A stretch of 64,000 nt of DNA from Octopus vulgaris. Taxonomy: Eukaryota. The notes beneath the pieces are model-generated. The model was not told the origin of the DNA and did not search any database. It was given only the letters and a program-made list of their open reading frames with translations. Where the stretch lies: positions 72,974,001-73,038,000 of the forward strand of contig OX597818.1 of NCBI GenBank assembly GCA_951406725.2, in the 5' to 3' direction. Position 1 is the stretch's first letter; each line of letters begins with the position of its first letter. The position numbers and the translations under genes are program-made. Shown here piece after piece: positions 40,590 through 54,039 of the stretch.

Positions 40590-41922
40590 TGTATAAAACA
40601 CTTAACTGTTTCTCGTTCGCGGGTGATTTTTACCAGCAAATCTCAGGAGTGTCTATGGGAACAAGAATTGGCCCCAACTATGCGAGCCTGTTCGTTGGCT
40701 ACGTTGTGGCCCAAATATTCTCAAGTGTTACTGGTCCAGCTCCTGAAGTATACGGTCGTTATATTGACGACTGTATCGATGCAACCACACTCTCCCGCAA
40801 GCATATAGACTCCTTCCTCTCTGTTGTGAAATCCTTCCATCCACTTCTCCTGCACTACTTCCGACACTTCAGTCGCCTTTCTCGACATTTCGGTCAGCAT
40901 TCCTCACTCCACTCTCACCACCTCCATCCGCTACAAACACACAGAGTCATACTCATATTCCAACTTCTCCTCTTCCACCCTAAGCACACCAAGCTATTCA
41001 TTCCCTATTCCAATTTCCTACGTATACGCAGGCTCTGCAGTGACGACCATGACTTTAAGACTCAGTCTCAACTTATGGCTCGCTACTTCATCTTTCGTGG
41101 ATATCCCTCCACCACTACCCATATCGCCGGACTTTCGTCTTTGCCGTGAGCAGGTATTTATCTTCTCACTTCGCTCCTGTGCGCCACATGGGTTCAACTC
41201 TCCTCACTTCTTCATCTAACACTTCCCCTCTCTCCTCTCTTCCTCTCACACCTACTTCTAGCCACCCACCTCTCCTCTCGTGCTCTGGTACCTACTCCCT
41301 CTCTCCCCTCCTACCCACCGTATCACTTCCACCCTCCCCTTTCATCATCACCCAACTCTCGTTACCCCACCCCTACACATTCCAACCCCGCCATCCTTAT
41401 ACATCCTATCCTTTATTACCCGCCCTTGCTTCCCGCACGCTTGCCCACCCCCACGACCACAACACTACCACACCACACCACATACCACCATACCTCACCA
41501 CACCGTACACACAAGCACTGACCACTTCTCATCTCCCACCTCAGCGCACGGACTAGCACTGCCCACTTCCTAGCACCTACACCATCATCCACACACATAC
41601 ACATGCACACACTCACACGTCAAAGTCACCATCCCCCTTCCACATGCACACACACGCCCCTCACATACACATGCACGCGCAACTTCGTTTTGGGATCACC
41701 ACTACTTTATTATCTCACCGTCTTCCTCGTTCTCCTGTGTGTACCCTAGCCACTAGAATTTTTTCTCTTTTCTTTCCCTGTTTATTTCTCTGTTTCTTTC
41801 TGCCGAAGAGCGTAGGCTCGAAGCGTGAAATATTTTCTCACTTCCCGAGCGTTAATCTAATACATCTGTTTGTTATTTACATACCCCTGTTTGTCTTTTG
41901 TTTTTTTCTTGTAAGTTCTCAC

Positions 41923-41925
<3 letters not shown>
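40590..41925 (+). mobile_element. Penelope-like element remnant (RT fragment, low-complexity spacer, pseudo-LTR)
   Basis: FYQQISGVSMGTRIGPNYASLFVG, YGRYIDDC, IPYSNFLRIRRLCS; mutated HHR ctgccgaagagcgtaggctcgaagc at 41800-41824. Confidence 0.85.
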
Positions 41926-41993
<68 letters not shown>

Positions 41994-42059
41994 TTGTGTG
42001 TATGTGTGTGTGTGCGTGCGTATGTATGTATGTATATTTCTACGATTTCTTTGAATTAA

Positions 42060-43240
42060 TTTTGTCACTGTTATGATCTTTTTTTTCCTTTTGACATTTA
42101 ATAGCCTTTACTTTTAGCTTACTTTAGAAGTAAATTGCGCGTAATTGTGTTAATACCTGTTAGTACCGTGTCAGTTTTAACATGGAGGGCAAAAGCGTTT
42201 TCGCCATATTTTAATTTTTTTTTATTTCCGTAAAGGCAAAAGAAAAAGAGATATGTGAAGTTTATGGTGTCGATTGCATAGAACACACATGTCAGAAATG
42301 GTTTAAAATATTCCGATATGGAGGTTTTTCATTGAAAGGTGACTAACTTTCTGGTCGACCTACTGAAGTTAATGATGACTACAACAATTGAATCTGATTG
42401 TCCTAATTGAAACTGATTGTCATATAACTGTACGTGAGATGGCAGAGAGGTTAGATGTATCACCCACAACAATTGAACATCAATTAAAATGCCTTGGACT
42501 CGTTAACAAGCTCGATATTTGGGTTCCAAATAAATTAAGAGATTCGCGTAACACAACGAATCAATATTTGCGATATGCATCTCAAACGCAATGAAATTTC
42601 AAACGAATCACCGCTGGTGATGAAAAATGGATTGTCTACAATAACATCAATCAAAAACGATCATGGTCCAAGCGTAATGAACCAGCACAAATCATATTGA
42701 AAGCTGAATTGCATCAAAAATGTCATGCTGTCAGTTTGGTGGGACAACAAAGGTGTTTTGTATTTTGAAATGCTTCTATGGAAACAGATGACGAATTCAG
42801 ATGTTTACTGTTAACAACTAATGAAACTGGTGGAAGTAATGAAAACCAAAACGGCCATAATTTGTAAATCGTAAAGGAATCGTGTTCCACCATGACAACG
42901 CAAGACCATACACATATTTGCTCACTCGTAAAAAGTGATTAGAGCTTGGTTGGGAAGTGATGTCACATCCACCATATGGCCAGGACCTTGCACCATCAGA
43001 TTACCATTTATATCGAAGTTTGCAAAATTCTTTGAATGGTAAAATCTTCGATAACGATGATGATCTGAAGTAGCACTTGCTTCAGTTTCAAAAGCGTGGA
43101 AGTTACCAGAAAGATGGCAAAAGTTCATCGAACAAAATGGAAAATATATAATTGATTAATGTTCATTATTTGTATGAAAAACAAAAAAAAAACACTTTTA
43201 TTTCACACTAAAGAACTGTATTTACTTTCTTACCATAACA
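42060..43240 (+). mobile_element. Degenerate mariner transposon
   Basis: LDIWVPNKL, GDEKWIVYNN, FHHDNARPH, HPPYGQDLAPSDYHLY motifs across frameshifts. Confidence 0.9.
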
Positions 43241-43754
43241 TATGATAATATATAAAATGTTATAGGCAAATGCTACGGGAAAAGCTACACTATTCTCTTT
43301 TGAAGGTAACACATTACCTCTCGAACACATTTATATGTTGACAGTTCAAATGAATCTATGTTTCCTGTTATTGTCATGATCAAATAATATTAGAAATTTC
43401 TGTTACGATTTAACGTAGTAAAACATTAACTCAACGCCATTCGAATATTGAAATTACAAATGCATACAATTATTCTGGATTATCATCGCAGGTCCTTATT
43501 GTTAGATGTAATTTCACGAACGAATTGAATTACATGAAGAAAAAGCCATACTCTATTTCAACCTAGCCATATTATATATAACGCTACTAATTTGTCGCTA
43601 GTTTTGTCATATTAAATGATTGTACAGTTCTATATTTAAGAGATGAGGTATTCCTAAAGATTTGAACAGAAGAAAGAGGCATACTAGCCTAGTTGAGTGC
43701 AGCTCCAGAAAACAGTGTCATTAGGGACATCATGGATATTTAGCGGTATTAAGG

Positions 43755-43910
43755 TTATTTATATTATTTACATTATTTACAATTGACGGATATTTTCCCT
43801 CATCGTGTTTGTTGTTAACACAAAGTTTCGGCTGATATACCCTCCAGCCTTCATCGGGTGTCTTGGGGAAATTTCGAACCTGGGTTCTCATTACTAAGGT
43901 ACTTTTCGAT
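43755..43910 (-). mobile_element. PLE pseudo-LTR-like repeat with mutated minimal hammerhead (43817-43862)
   Basis: Minus strand: GACAC-CCGAUGA-A-GGCUG-loop-CAGCC-GAAAC-UUU-GUGUU. Confidence 0.65.
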
Positions 43911-45039
43911 GTTGTTGTTGTTATTATTATTATCATTATTGAGTGAGAGAGCAGAGGATGCCATTAAAGTGGCACTGAGGTAAACATACAAAGCCCAGAA
44001 TACCCATTATGACTACTCGTCTGATAAGGGTACACTAGACACATGCATCACAACCGTATGTATGCGACATGGTGATCTCATATAAAGATCCTATTAAAGA
44101 ATGTCTAAACATTTATACTGAAATCAATATATTTCTTAGCCGTCTCTTTAATTAATCGAGGGACAATTATCAAAACTCGAGTAAAATACGCTTAAATATT
44201 GTGCATATACATCTTATACAAGCTTCCAAGAGTAATGCAGGCACAGAGATAACGGACAACAATTTCATAATCAATCAGCTTTCTTTGGAGTATAAAGACA
44301 AAAGACAGAGCGGAATAAATTTTCATAATTTGCTCCAATCTCAAAGTGTATTTTTAAATAGGCTTATAATTTCCGTAATTGGCGAAACAAGATGACTGCC
44401 TACGGAAGTTCCAGAACTTTGTTTAATTAAAGAGAATATACTTATTTCAATATATGACAGAGCTATTGATTTAAGAATATAATCTGTTCGCGTAATTAAA
44501 TCTATAACTGTGTCTGTATGTTAAACTATTTAAATATATGCCCACTTCCTTGTACCTAATGCTACTTTGACATTATGCAAATGTCTACAAACATACGATT
44601 ATATAAATATACAAATGTGTCGCCGATATTAATTCCCTCTCTATTTAGTAATGTATATTTATGAAGCAATGATCGAGTTATATTAACAATTTCTTGAACG
44701 TTTATATTTTCTGCTTTATTAATTGTAAATTACTTCGTTTTCAGAATTAATTCATATCGAGTAAAAACCCATGGGCATATCTTTGCCCCACCCCATGCGA
44801 CCTAAAACACATGCACAGAACAACTATGACGTATTTATATCGAATGAACATGTAGTGTGCATTTCATAACCACTCGTTGACCCAGCATCGTTAGAGATAA
44901 ATATAGCTGTGGCTGAGAGATTAATTAAAAGTAATCCTTCAGCATTTATTGATTAAATCTGTTTTCTTCCAATCTTAATATGTTTTTGTCTTTTTCGAGC
45001 AAAGCAAGAAATGGTAATAACACGTGTCATTTTAGAGCT

Positions 45040-45088
<49 letters not shown>

Positions 45089-45090
45089 GC

Positions 45091-45132
<42 letters not shown>

Positions 45133-45944
45133 GCATATATATATCTTCATATACGTATACATCTATATATATATGTATGTGTGTGTATGTGTGTGTATAT
45201 ATATATGAATGTGTGTGTATGTGTGTGTGTGTGTGACAACCTGTAACTGGGGTTTCGAAGTAAAATTTACATGATCAAAAATATCAAAATGTTGTTCTTA
45301 TTAAAAAAAACAGAAATTAGGAAATCCTTACAAAGAATCGCCCCACTCAAACATTCAATTGAAAACCGAAGAGTTATAAGGTTTCTGTTGACAATAAATA
45401 CCTCATATCGTACATTTGTGCGTGTGTGTGTATGTGTTTGCGTGTGCATTAGTACTTGTGTATATGTATTTGATTGTTTATATGTATTTGTGTGTGTGAG
45501 TGTGCGTATGAAATCTCGAGGCCTAGTGCTTACGGTGTCGCGGGTACAGTTCTTTGAAGTGACATGTTAGACAAAACGTTTCAGTTCACACTGTTCCAAA
45601 CTGCCCAGATAGTATTGAATATCATCTGAGAGCTGGCACAGATTTCTTTCACTTCAGCTCACATATCCATTATGTACCGTCGAGACAACTGATTTAGAGG
45701 ATATCGTTGTCTGCTTGCGATCGCATTAGCACTTAAGATAATTGACGGAAATATGGCACACAGTACCAAAACTTATTCGTTTGTAAGTAGTGTACATGCA
45801 CCTATTACACGCAGACACCCACGCACACACATACACACACAAACATGCAAATATAGCATACCAGTCGATTATTGTCAGCTCTTTGTACACATGCTATGAT
45901 TCTTGTGTTTTGTGTATATTTTTGCTTATCTCTCTCTCTCTCTC

Positions 45945-46008
<64 letters not shown>

Positions 46009-46131
46009 TATAAATATACAGAATACATATGTGTGTTTGTATGCAAGTGATTGTGGACTTAGACTTAAGCCTGTTATTAATGCTAGGGATCATAAGGCTG
46101 GGTCTTATGTACCTGTCTATCTACATACATC

Positions 46132-46184
<53 letters not shown>

Positions 46185-47359
46185 CATGCGCGCGCACACA
46201 CATACATATACATACATGCCTAAATTTATTTCCTCGCTTGGTGATTGAGCTGTTGTACTCACAATGATATAGCCGTCGATTTCTTTCCCGGATGACGAAC
46301 TTCCTATCAGTTTCTTGTTTTCGTCAGTGTTGTGATGATATCACTTGTCATATATAGTTTTAGCTGAAGCTTATTTGAACACTTGTCGGTCATATTTGTC
46401 TCCTTCTCGAGCATTCTGAAAGTCATTATTCAATTAGATACTCTATTGGCTTAAGGCTTCAATTTTAATTCTGTTGACTTTCATTGACCACTAATTACAT
46501 TAACAGTACGCCATGCTATAGAGAACTGCTAATTGTCTGTAATTATTATTTTTTAATGCAGATTTGTATTTGATTAGCACCAGTTCATATGTGTCAATCA
46601 GTCCATTCCATGCTGTTTGGCTGTTTTCCTTACATTTCGGGTGTGTTGACTCTCAGTATACTTTTCTTGATTTTGGATCTCAGCAGGGCACAGCATGAAA
46701 CTGTATGTGATACGACAAGACAATACACTTATAGGTACTATTATTGACAGATGAAATAATTATTATAGCGTCTGAGCTATTAATCTTACTACTATATTTT
46801 CATTTGTAGATTTCTCGAAACTTTACCATTCAGTTAAAATTCCTCGAATCTAAGGAACCCTTGGAGAAACAATGACATAATATTGTTATTCTACGAAATC
46901 ACTTGAGTCATGTTGCGTTGTTCATCTTATAGAGGAAACAGAGGCTGACTATATTCTCAACAATGATTCACAACGACACGCTCTTATATTTTTCTTCTTT
47001 ACGCCCTGTACTTGAAGTTTTCTCCCTGTCAAATGATCGTAGTTTTACTCTCTCATAACCATTCGCAATAAGATTATGTTTGTGGTTCAAATCTAAATTT
47101 AGTGACACTTTCAGGATCCACTACCCTAATACATAGTCAAGTATGTTGCCGGACACATTCGTCTGTGTATTAACGCTGGGAAAAACAGAACTCACCAGCA
47201 ACACCATGGAACTTACAACCACTACGTCACCGAGAACTGCTCTAAAACCAATGCGATTTTCGTCTATATATGGTCAACACAGTGTCACATTTTAAAGACA
47301 CATAAGCATTGCTTTTGTAGCACATAAAAATCTCAACATAACAATAACAGCTGGTGATA

Positions 47360-47785
47360 TATTCTTTTCTGCTCTAGGCACAAGGCCCGAAATTTTGAGT
47401 GAGGGAGTCAGTCGATTACGTCACCCTAGTACGCAACTGGTACTTAATTCATCGAACCAGAAACAATAAAATGCAAATTCTACCTCGGCGGAGTTTGAAA
47501 TCAAAGTGAAACAGACGAAATACCGCTAAGCATTTTGCCCGGCTTACTAACGTTTCTTATTTCTTTATTACCCACAAGGGGCTAAGCATAGATGGGACGA
47601 AAAAAGGCAGACACGCAGATTAAGTCGATTACATCGATCCCAGTGCGTAACTGGTACTTTATTTATCGACCTCGAAAGGATGAAAGGCAAAGTCGACCTC
47701 GGCGGAATTCCAACTCAGAAGTAACGGCAGTGGAAATACCGCTAAGCACTTCGCCCGGTGCTAACGTTTCTGCCAGCTCGCCACT
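47360..47785 (-). mobile_element. Two adjacent Nin-like SINEs (47360-47552 partial; 47553-47785 full)
   Basis: Reverse complement of the 6924-7160 family. Confidence 0.85.
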
Positions 47786-48999
47786 TTTAGGTGTTGATGT
47801 ATTGCCTTCATTTTACTAGTCGCATCTTGCGCTACCCCGTCAAGTGCCAATGGTTTTTCAATGCAGCAACTCTGGATGATGAAGTTCGCTGATACTTAGT
47901 CATACTTCAATCCTGATTGATGAAGATAAAAGTATTTACAATCCTAGTCAACCGCAGCTGCTACGTTTGTGGATTAAAATTGGGATAATATAATTTATAG
48001 CAAGTGATTCTGCCCTCAAAATTGAAATCCATGTTTACAGATATCAGTTTTAAGTGAATCTGGTATCGGTTTTTATGGAACGAGAGGCTGATTCTACACC
48101 TGCCGATCTTACATGCTCTAAATACTATATCTTTTGTCGAGCCTTTTCTGTTCAAAAGCTACCTGTTTATGTAAGTATGTGTGAGGAGTTGAGTCGGTAA
48201 AATAACGTCTATGTTCGATGAGAAAGATTATTTGTCTGTATCTGTACATTTCTGCTTGAAACCATCTGTGTGTATAGTAATGCATAAACATGTCCCTTGG
48301 TATGTATGACAATATGCGCATCTATGTGTGTTTAGTGTGTTTATGTCTGTGATTGTGTATAAGAATATATGTATGTGAGAGTTTGTATGCATGCGTAAGT
48401 ATGTATGTTTGTGCATACATATACGAGTGTGAATATACATGTGTATGTATGTATGTGTGTAAGTCATCCGAAAAACATTAGAGACGGCATCAAAGACAAG
48501 GTTTTTACTTTAGTTGTATTCGAAACCAATTGCTTCACGTGTATTTCAAGTAAAACCTCTCACAAAATGCTGTTCTCGAATCTTGTAGTTTACTGACATA
48601 AAAAATATACAAGAACAAGACCGATCGAAAACCAAGACACTCAACACATTGCAAGAAACCATCTTTACCTTTATACTCGAGGTCACCTCTATTTTATAAG
48701 GCGTCAGTATTTATGTAAATTAGTCATAACTACCCAACACAATTGTATCAGGATTGTTTCCGTGTACAAAGGTTTAAGTAACATCACGTATAGAGAGAGT
48801 ATGACACACGATGCATGTACTCTAATTTATCGTGTTATCTTTATTTTGTGATCAAAAGTATTTTCTGAGTAAGATGCCATGCAAACACATTATCGTGAGT
48901 ATGTATGTATGTATGTATGCATGTATGTATGTATGTATGTATGTATGTATGTATGTATGTATGTATGTATTTATGTATGCATGCATGTATATATGTATG

Positions 49000-49033
<34 letters not shown>

Positions 49034-49078
49034 TCTATTTATCTATCTATCTCCCTATCTCTTTTTCTTCTCTCTCTC

Positions 49079-49175
<97 letters not shown>

Positions 49176-50439
49176 CATAATTGTTTTGGTATAACACATT
49201 ACTCTGCAAGTTTAATCTGATCCTTTATATCTTGATTTACCTTAATGCTAATTTTAGAAACTTCAACTCAAGTTACAATTTAAACCCTAACCTTATTATT
49301 AGTTTAAATTTTAAGACCTGAATAATCAAGTCAACCTGCTTTTACATCTAATTTTCAACAGCTTATATTTGTCATAACCCCATTTGTAACAGCATCTGTA
49401 AATAAATCAGTACTTAAATCCTAATAAGAGCTTTAACTATCTCTACAATATGAATAAAAGTAGCATCATTTCACTCTCTAATATTATACCCCCACTATGC
49501 TAAGTTAAAAAACTGAACATTACTGCTTAGACTGACTCATGTTCATAATAAGTCAATGTCAAATTTCAACACAATGGCTGGAGAATATCTAACCTATACA
49601 TAACGTTCATATGGTAATGGTTGCTGACCCATGTTTGTGAGGGTCCCTTGTCCAAATTCGGAAATTTTATACGCCTATTTCTACAAAGTGACTCCTGTAC
49701 CAATCTCTTACATACTTTCAAACATTTGCAACTTGTTTTCTCCTTCCTTTATTCTTTATGAACATTCCCATCATTCCCTACGTTCCCCACACAGTAGCCA
49801 TTCCTTAAGTGTTCTGCTTGTTATATCCAGAAATGGCACTGAAGAAAGTAGCATTAATTTACCTAGATCAGTCTATTGATCAATAGATTAATTGAGTAAA
49901 CCTATCAGCAATGTTCCTATCATGACTGCTAGAGAAAGCTGTAAGCCTAAGTTGCTCAAATAAAGGAATTATGTGTCTGATTTGCAAGATTCTTTATGTG
50001 AATTCGTGTGTTGAAACAAATATTGTTGTCTACTCATTTATTATGGTTATTATATTTTTTGTGTGTCTTCCAAAATTTTTGTCGCTTTTGCTAACTTTTC
50101 AAGTGATGTCGACTATGGCCGTTATCAGAGCTGCATTCCTTTTGTCTGTTTGTTATCCTGTTGCGTGGGTGTGTTTGTATGTATGCATGTCTTTGTGTGT
50201 GCGTGCACATGTATGTAGGTGTGGATGTATGTGTGTATGTACGCATGTATGTATGTGCGTATGTACGTGTACGTATGCATGTGTGTGTATATGTGTGTAT
50301 TTGTGTGTGTACCTCTGCTTCCTTGTGTGTGCGTGCTTGAGTGTGTCTATGTGTATGATGTACGTGCGTTTGGTATGTGTGTATACATGTGTGTCTCCTT
50401 ATGTGTCTTTGTGTGTATGCGTGCTCGTGGACTGTGCGT

Positions 50440-50830
50440 GTGCATTTGTGTCCGTATTACCTATGTACCTACCTGCCTACCTAACCTACTTATCTAACAA
50501 CCTACTTCCTATCTATCTATCTGTGTACCTATGCATCTCTTTACCTACTTAACTGCCTATTTGCAAATGATTCTATGTGTGTATATTATGTAGGTATTGA
50601 GGTACCTCTACCATCTACGTGTTATTTTCTTTTGTCCTATTTAGTACGGGTGACGTTTCATTTATGAGGGCGTACTCCTGTATTTATCTGAGTGATGGGT
50701 CCTTTATTCAAATGCCAATGTCAAGTATGCTGGTAGGATATGTGTTTCTTGTCATCATATTTTCACAACCTAGTGTGACAGCAACCTTAAGCAATCCCTA
50801 GTTGAACAATCCACAACAATATTGCGTTAC
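50440..50830 (-). mobile_element. Inverted copy of the PLE 3' region at ~54900-55260
   Basis: Reverse complement ggacccatcactcagataaatacag...cataaatgaaa...cccgtactaaatagg matches 55020-55087; gtagatggtagag and aataggcag also shared. Confidence 0.75.
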
Positions 50831-50836
50831 TGTCAG

Positions 50837-50865
<29 letters not shown>

Positions 50866-50868
<3 letters not shown>

Positions 50869-53800
50869 AGGTCGCTCTAGAGTGCTACTGGTAACATGTA
50901 AACCAGTACAACCTGTTGCATGGTCGGGACGTCGGCGACTAAACTGACAACCCCACCAGGTTCGCTTGGTGAGGAGGGTGCTGTTGGGCTCCCTGTGGGA
51001 TGGAAAAATAAGACCCAACAAAGGACTGATGAACTCCTGAAGAGTCAACGGCCATCCAAAAAATACCGGCCTGCCCGCCCAGCCAGTGGCATGGCGTCAT
51101 CTTATGGCTAAAACAGCACGAAAAACGAAGAGAAAAGGAAAAGGGCCTCAGTACCCTGCACGTCAATCGGGCCACTCCATGACGGCGGAGTGCAACTCGA
51201 GCGACGAGAGGCTGCTAAGAATCATAGGTTCCCGAAAGCCGTCATGGAACAGGACAAAACTTGCCATATGTACCTACAACTGCAGGTCTATGGCAGGGTG
51301 GCAAGAACTGAACCACCTAATGGAGGAGAGGAAGAAGATCAAGTGCGACGTGTTAGGGCTGTGCGAGATACGCTGGAAGAAGGAAGCGAGTATACGATGG
51401 CAAGATGGATGCATTGTGAGATTAGGAAGAGCAGAAGGTGCTAGATCGGTCGGAGGTATCGGATTCATCGTAAGTAAGGAATGGGCTTCGAGTGTCGCTT
51501 CTTGCCACTTCATATCATCACGGATTGGTGTACTAAATATGAACCTCTCAGGGAAGGCCACCCTCAAGATTGTCCAGACCTATGCTCCCACAAGTGCCAG
51601 CGACGACGACGAGGTGGAAGAATTCTATCGACAACTAGACAAAGGGTTGGCTATGATGTCCACTTACACTGTCGTGATGGGAGACTTCAACGCAAAGGTT
51701 GGACATGGACGACAAGGAGAGGAGTACGTCGGGAGATTTGGCATGGGATAGAGAAACGAGAGAGGAGAACGTTTGGCTACCATGGCAGCTCTACATCGGA
51801 AACAGCCTATTCAGGAAGAGGGAGAGGAAGAGATGGACTTGGATATCGCCGAACACTAAGCACCGATGCGAGATCGACTACATCCTGGTTGATAAGCGAC
51901 GCATATTGCATGACGTCTCCGTCGTGACGCCATTCAACACCTGCAGCGATCATCGTCTGGTAAGGGCGAGGGTCGTCATCGACGAGAAGAGGGAGAAGAT
52001 GGCGTTATATTTGTCGTCGAAGGGAAAACGTGTCCAAGTCTACAACGAGGCAAAGCTGCAGGAAGCCATTATGCAAGAAGACTGGTGCTAAGGAGACGAT
52101 ATAGACGATGACTACAACTCACTGATAGGGAAACTTAAGGAGTGTTTAAGGAAGGCTAAGAGTGTATGCCCAAGAGAAAAGAAGGGAAGAATCTCGGAAG
52201 AAACTACGAAGTTACTCGAGAAGGGGTAAAATATGAAGAGGACTATTGAAGATCACCTTGAATATTCCATTCTCAGCAGAGTGATTCGTCAGCAACTAAA
52301 GAAAGACTTTGAGGCATACCGGATGGAGAAGGTCTTGAAGGCCGCAGAGGAAAAAAGAGCCTCAAGAAATGCAAGATGGACATGGTACTATATAGATCGG
52401 AGGTGACGGCCCTGACAAAAAAAAATACTGATTGAATACCGGTCAACGAGAAGAGCGAAATGTCCAGCCGTTACCACCACTCCAAAAGGAAGAAAACGTG
52501 CCACCTATCCTTGTCAGTGAGGTTGAAAGAGCCCTCGGCTCGATGAAAAACGGAAAGGCTCCAGGGAAAGACGGTATAACATCGGAGGTGCTAAAGTCAG
52601 GCAGAGAGCAGCTCTGGAAAATACTCGCTGAGCGATTTACGCACTATCTAGACGAGGGAAGAATTCTCTCGCAGTGGAAAGAGTGAAATACCATCCTGCC
52701 GTATAAGAAGGGCGACAGAGAAGATCTAAAGAACTACCGACCCATATGCCTGCTGTCTCACGTATACAAGCTGTTCACGAAGATAATTCTGAACAGGTTG
52801 TCACGTCGTCTCGACGAACAACAACCGAGGGAGCAAGCAGGCTTCCGGAAGATCTACAGCACAATAGACCATATATTTGCTCTAACGCAACTGCTTGAGC
52901 GAGCAAATGAGTACAAGCTGCCTCTTTGCGTTGCGTTTATAGATTATGAGAAGGCCTTCGATAGCGTCGAAACCAACGCAGTGCTGAACTCGCTGCAGAG
53001 GCAAGGAATCGAAGCACAATATGTGCAGCTGCTCAGAGAGGCAAATTCCGGATGCACCACCGACATAGCTCTACTGTCATCACCCATACGAGTGCCGGTC
53101 GAGAAGGGAGTGAAGCAAGGAGATACAATCTCCCCAAAACTTTTCACTGCATGTCTCGAACAGATCATCAGAAGCATCGAATGGCAAGGTGGTGTCAATA
53201 TCAATGGCGAGCTCCTCACTCACCTCCGTTTCGCTGACGACATCGTACTCATCGCTGAAAACATGGATCAGCTTCAGACCATGCTGACGGAGCTCGACAT
53301 CAAAAGTTCTGCAGTAGGTCTCAAGATGAACCGCATGAAAACAAAGTTCATGCGGTCAGACAACGTACCAACAGGTAGAATGGTGATCGGCAGTGATGAA
53401 ATAGAGGAGGTGAGAGAATATGTCTACCTGGGACAGGAAGTAAATATGTGCCGGGATATCAAAAAGGAGATCTCACAGAGAGTAAGGGCCGGATGGAAGG
53501 CGTTCAATGGCATAAGGGATGTGCTCAAGGGAAGGTTGGACAGGACCACCCGCGCAAACCTCATTAACAGTGCAGTTCTGCTTGCAAAGTTATATGGTAG
53601 TGAAACATGGGCTACCACAAAGAGAGAAGAGCAAAGAGTGATAACGGCTCAAAGAGCCATGGAAAGGTCAATGCTTGGTATCTCGTTGAGAGAGCACATA
53701 AATAACAAGATCATCAGAAAGAAGTCCGGCGTGAGAGATGTCATCGCAGGGTATACTCGCAGTAAGTATAGATGGGCTGGACACGTCGTCCGGCTCACCG

Positions 53801-54015
53801 ATAATCGGTGGGCGCACGCAATTATCGAGTGGTACCCGCGTGAGCGGAAAAGACCACCCGGAAGACCTCCACGACGGTGGAGTGACGATTTCAAGAGGAC
53901 GATTGGGATCACGTGGATGAGAAAGGCGCGATCCAGAGAGGAGTGGATAGCGTGCTGTGACCAGCGGTGTCAAATGGACGCCTGACGGACTGGTCGGTCA
54001 AAGTGATCAAAGTGA
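50866..54015 (+). mobile_element. Near-full-length RTE-clade LINE inserted in (TA)n
   Basis: APE motifs TYNCRS, LGLCEIR, QTYAPT, GDFNAKVG, IDYIL, SDHRLV; RT motifs [39 protein letters not shown]; short 3' UTR ending in (tcaaagtga)2. Confidence 0.95.
51106..53985 (+). pseudogene. RTE endonuclease-reverse transcriptase ORF, disrupted; RT part 52798-53985 open
   Basis: Stops at ~51749, ~52089, ~52227 and ~52684 plus frameshifts or deletions. Confidence 0.9.
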
Positions 54016-54039
54016 TATATATATATATATGAGATAAAT

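Noticed and set aside
46285-46335. CUGACGA...GAAAC on the minus strand as a hammerhead
   Set aside because: No stem II and stem I does not pair.
49971-50552. 193-aa hydrophobic ORF
   Set aside because: Mostly degenerate (TG)n/(TATG)n sequence.
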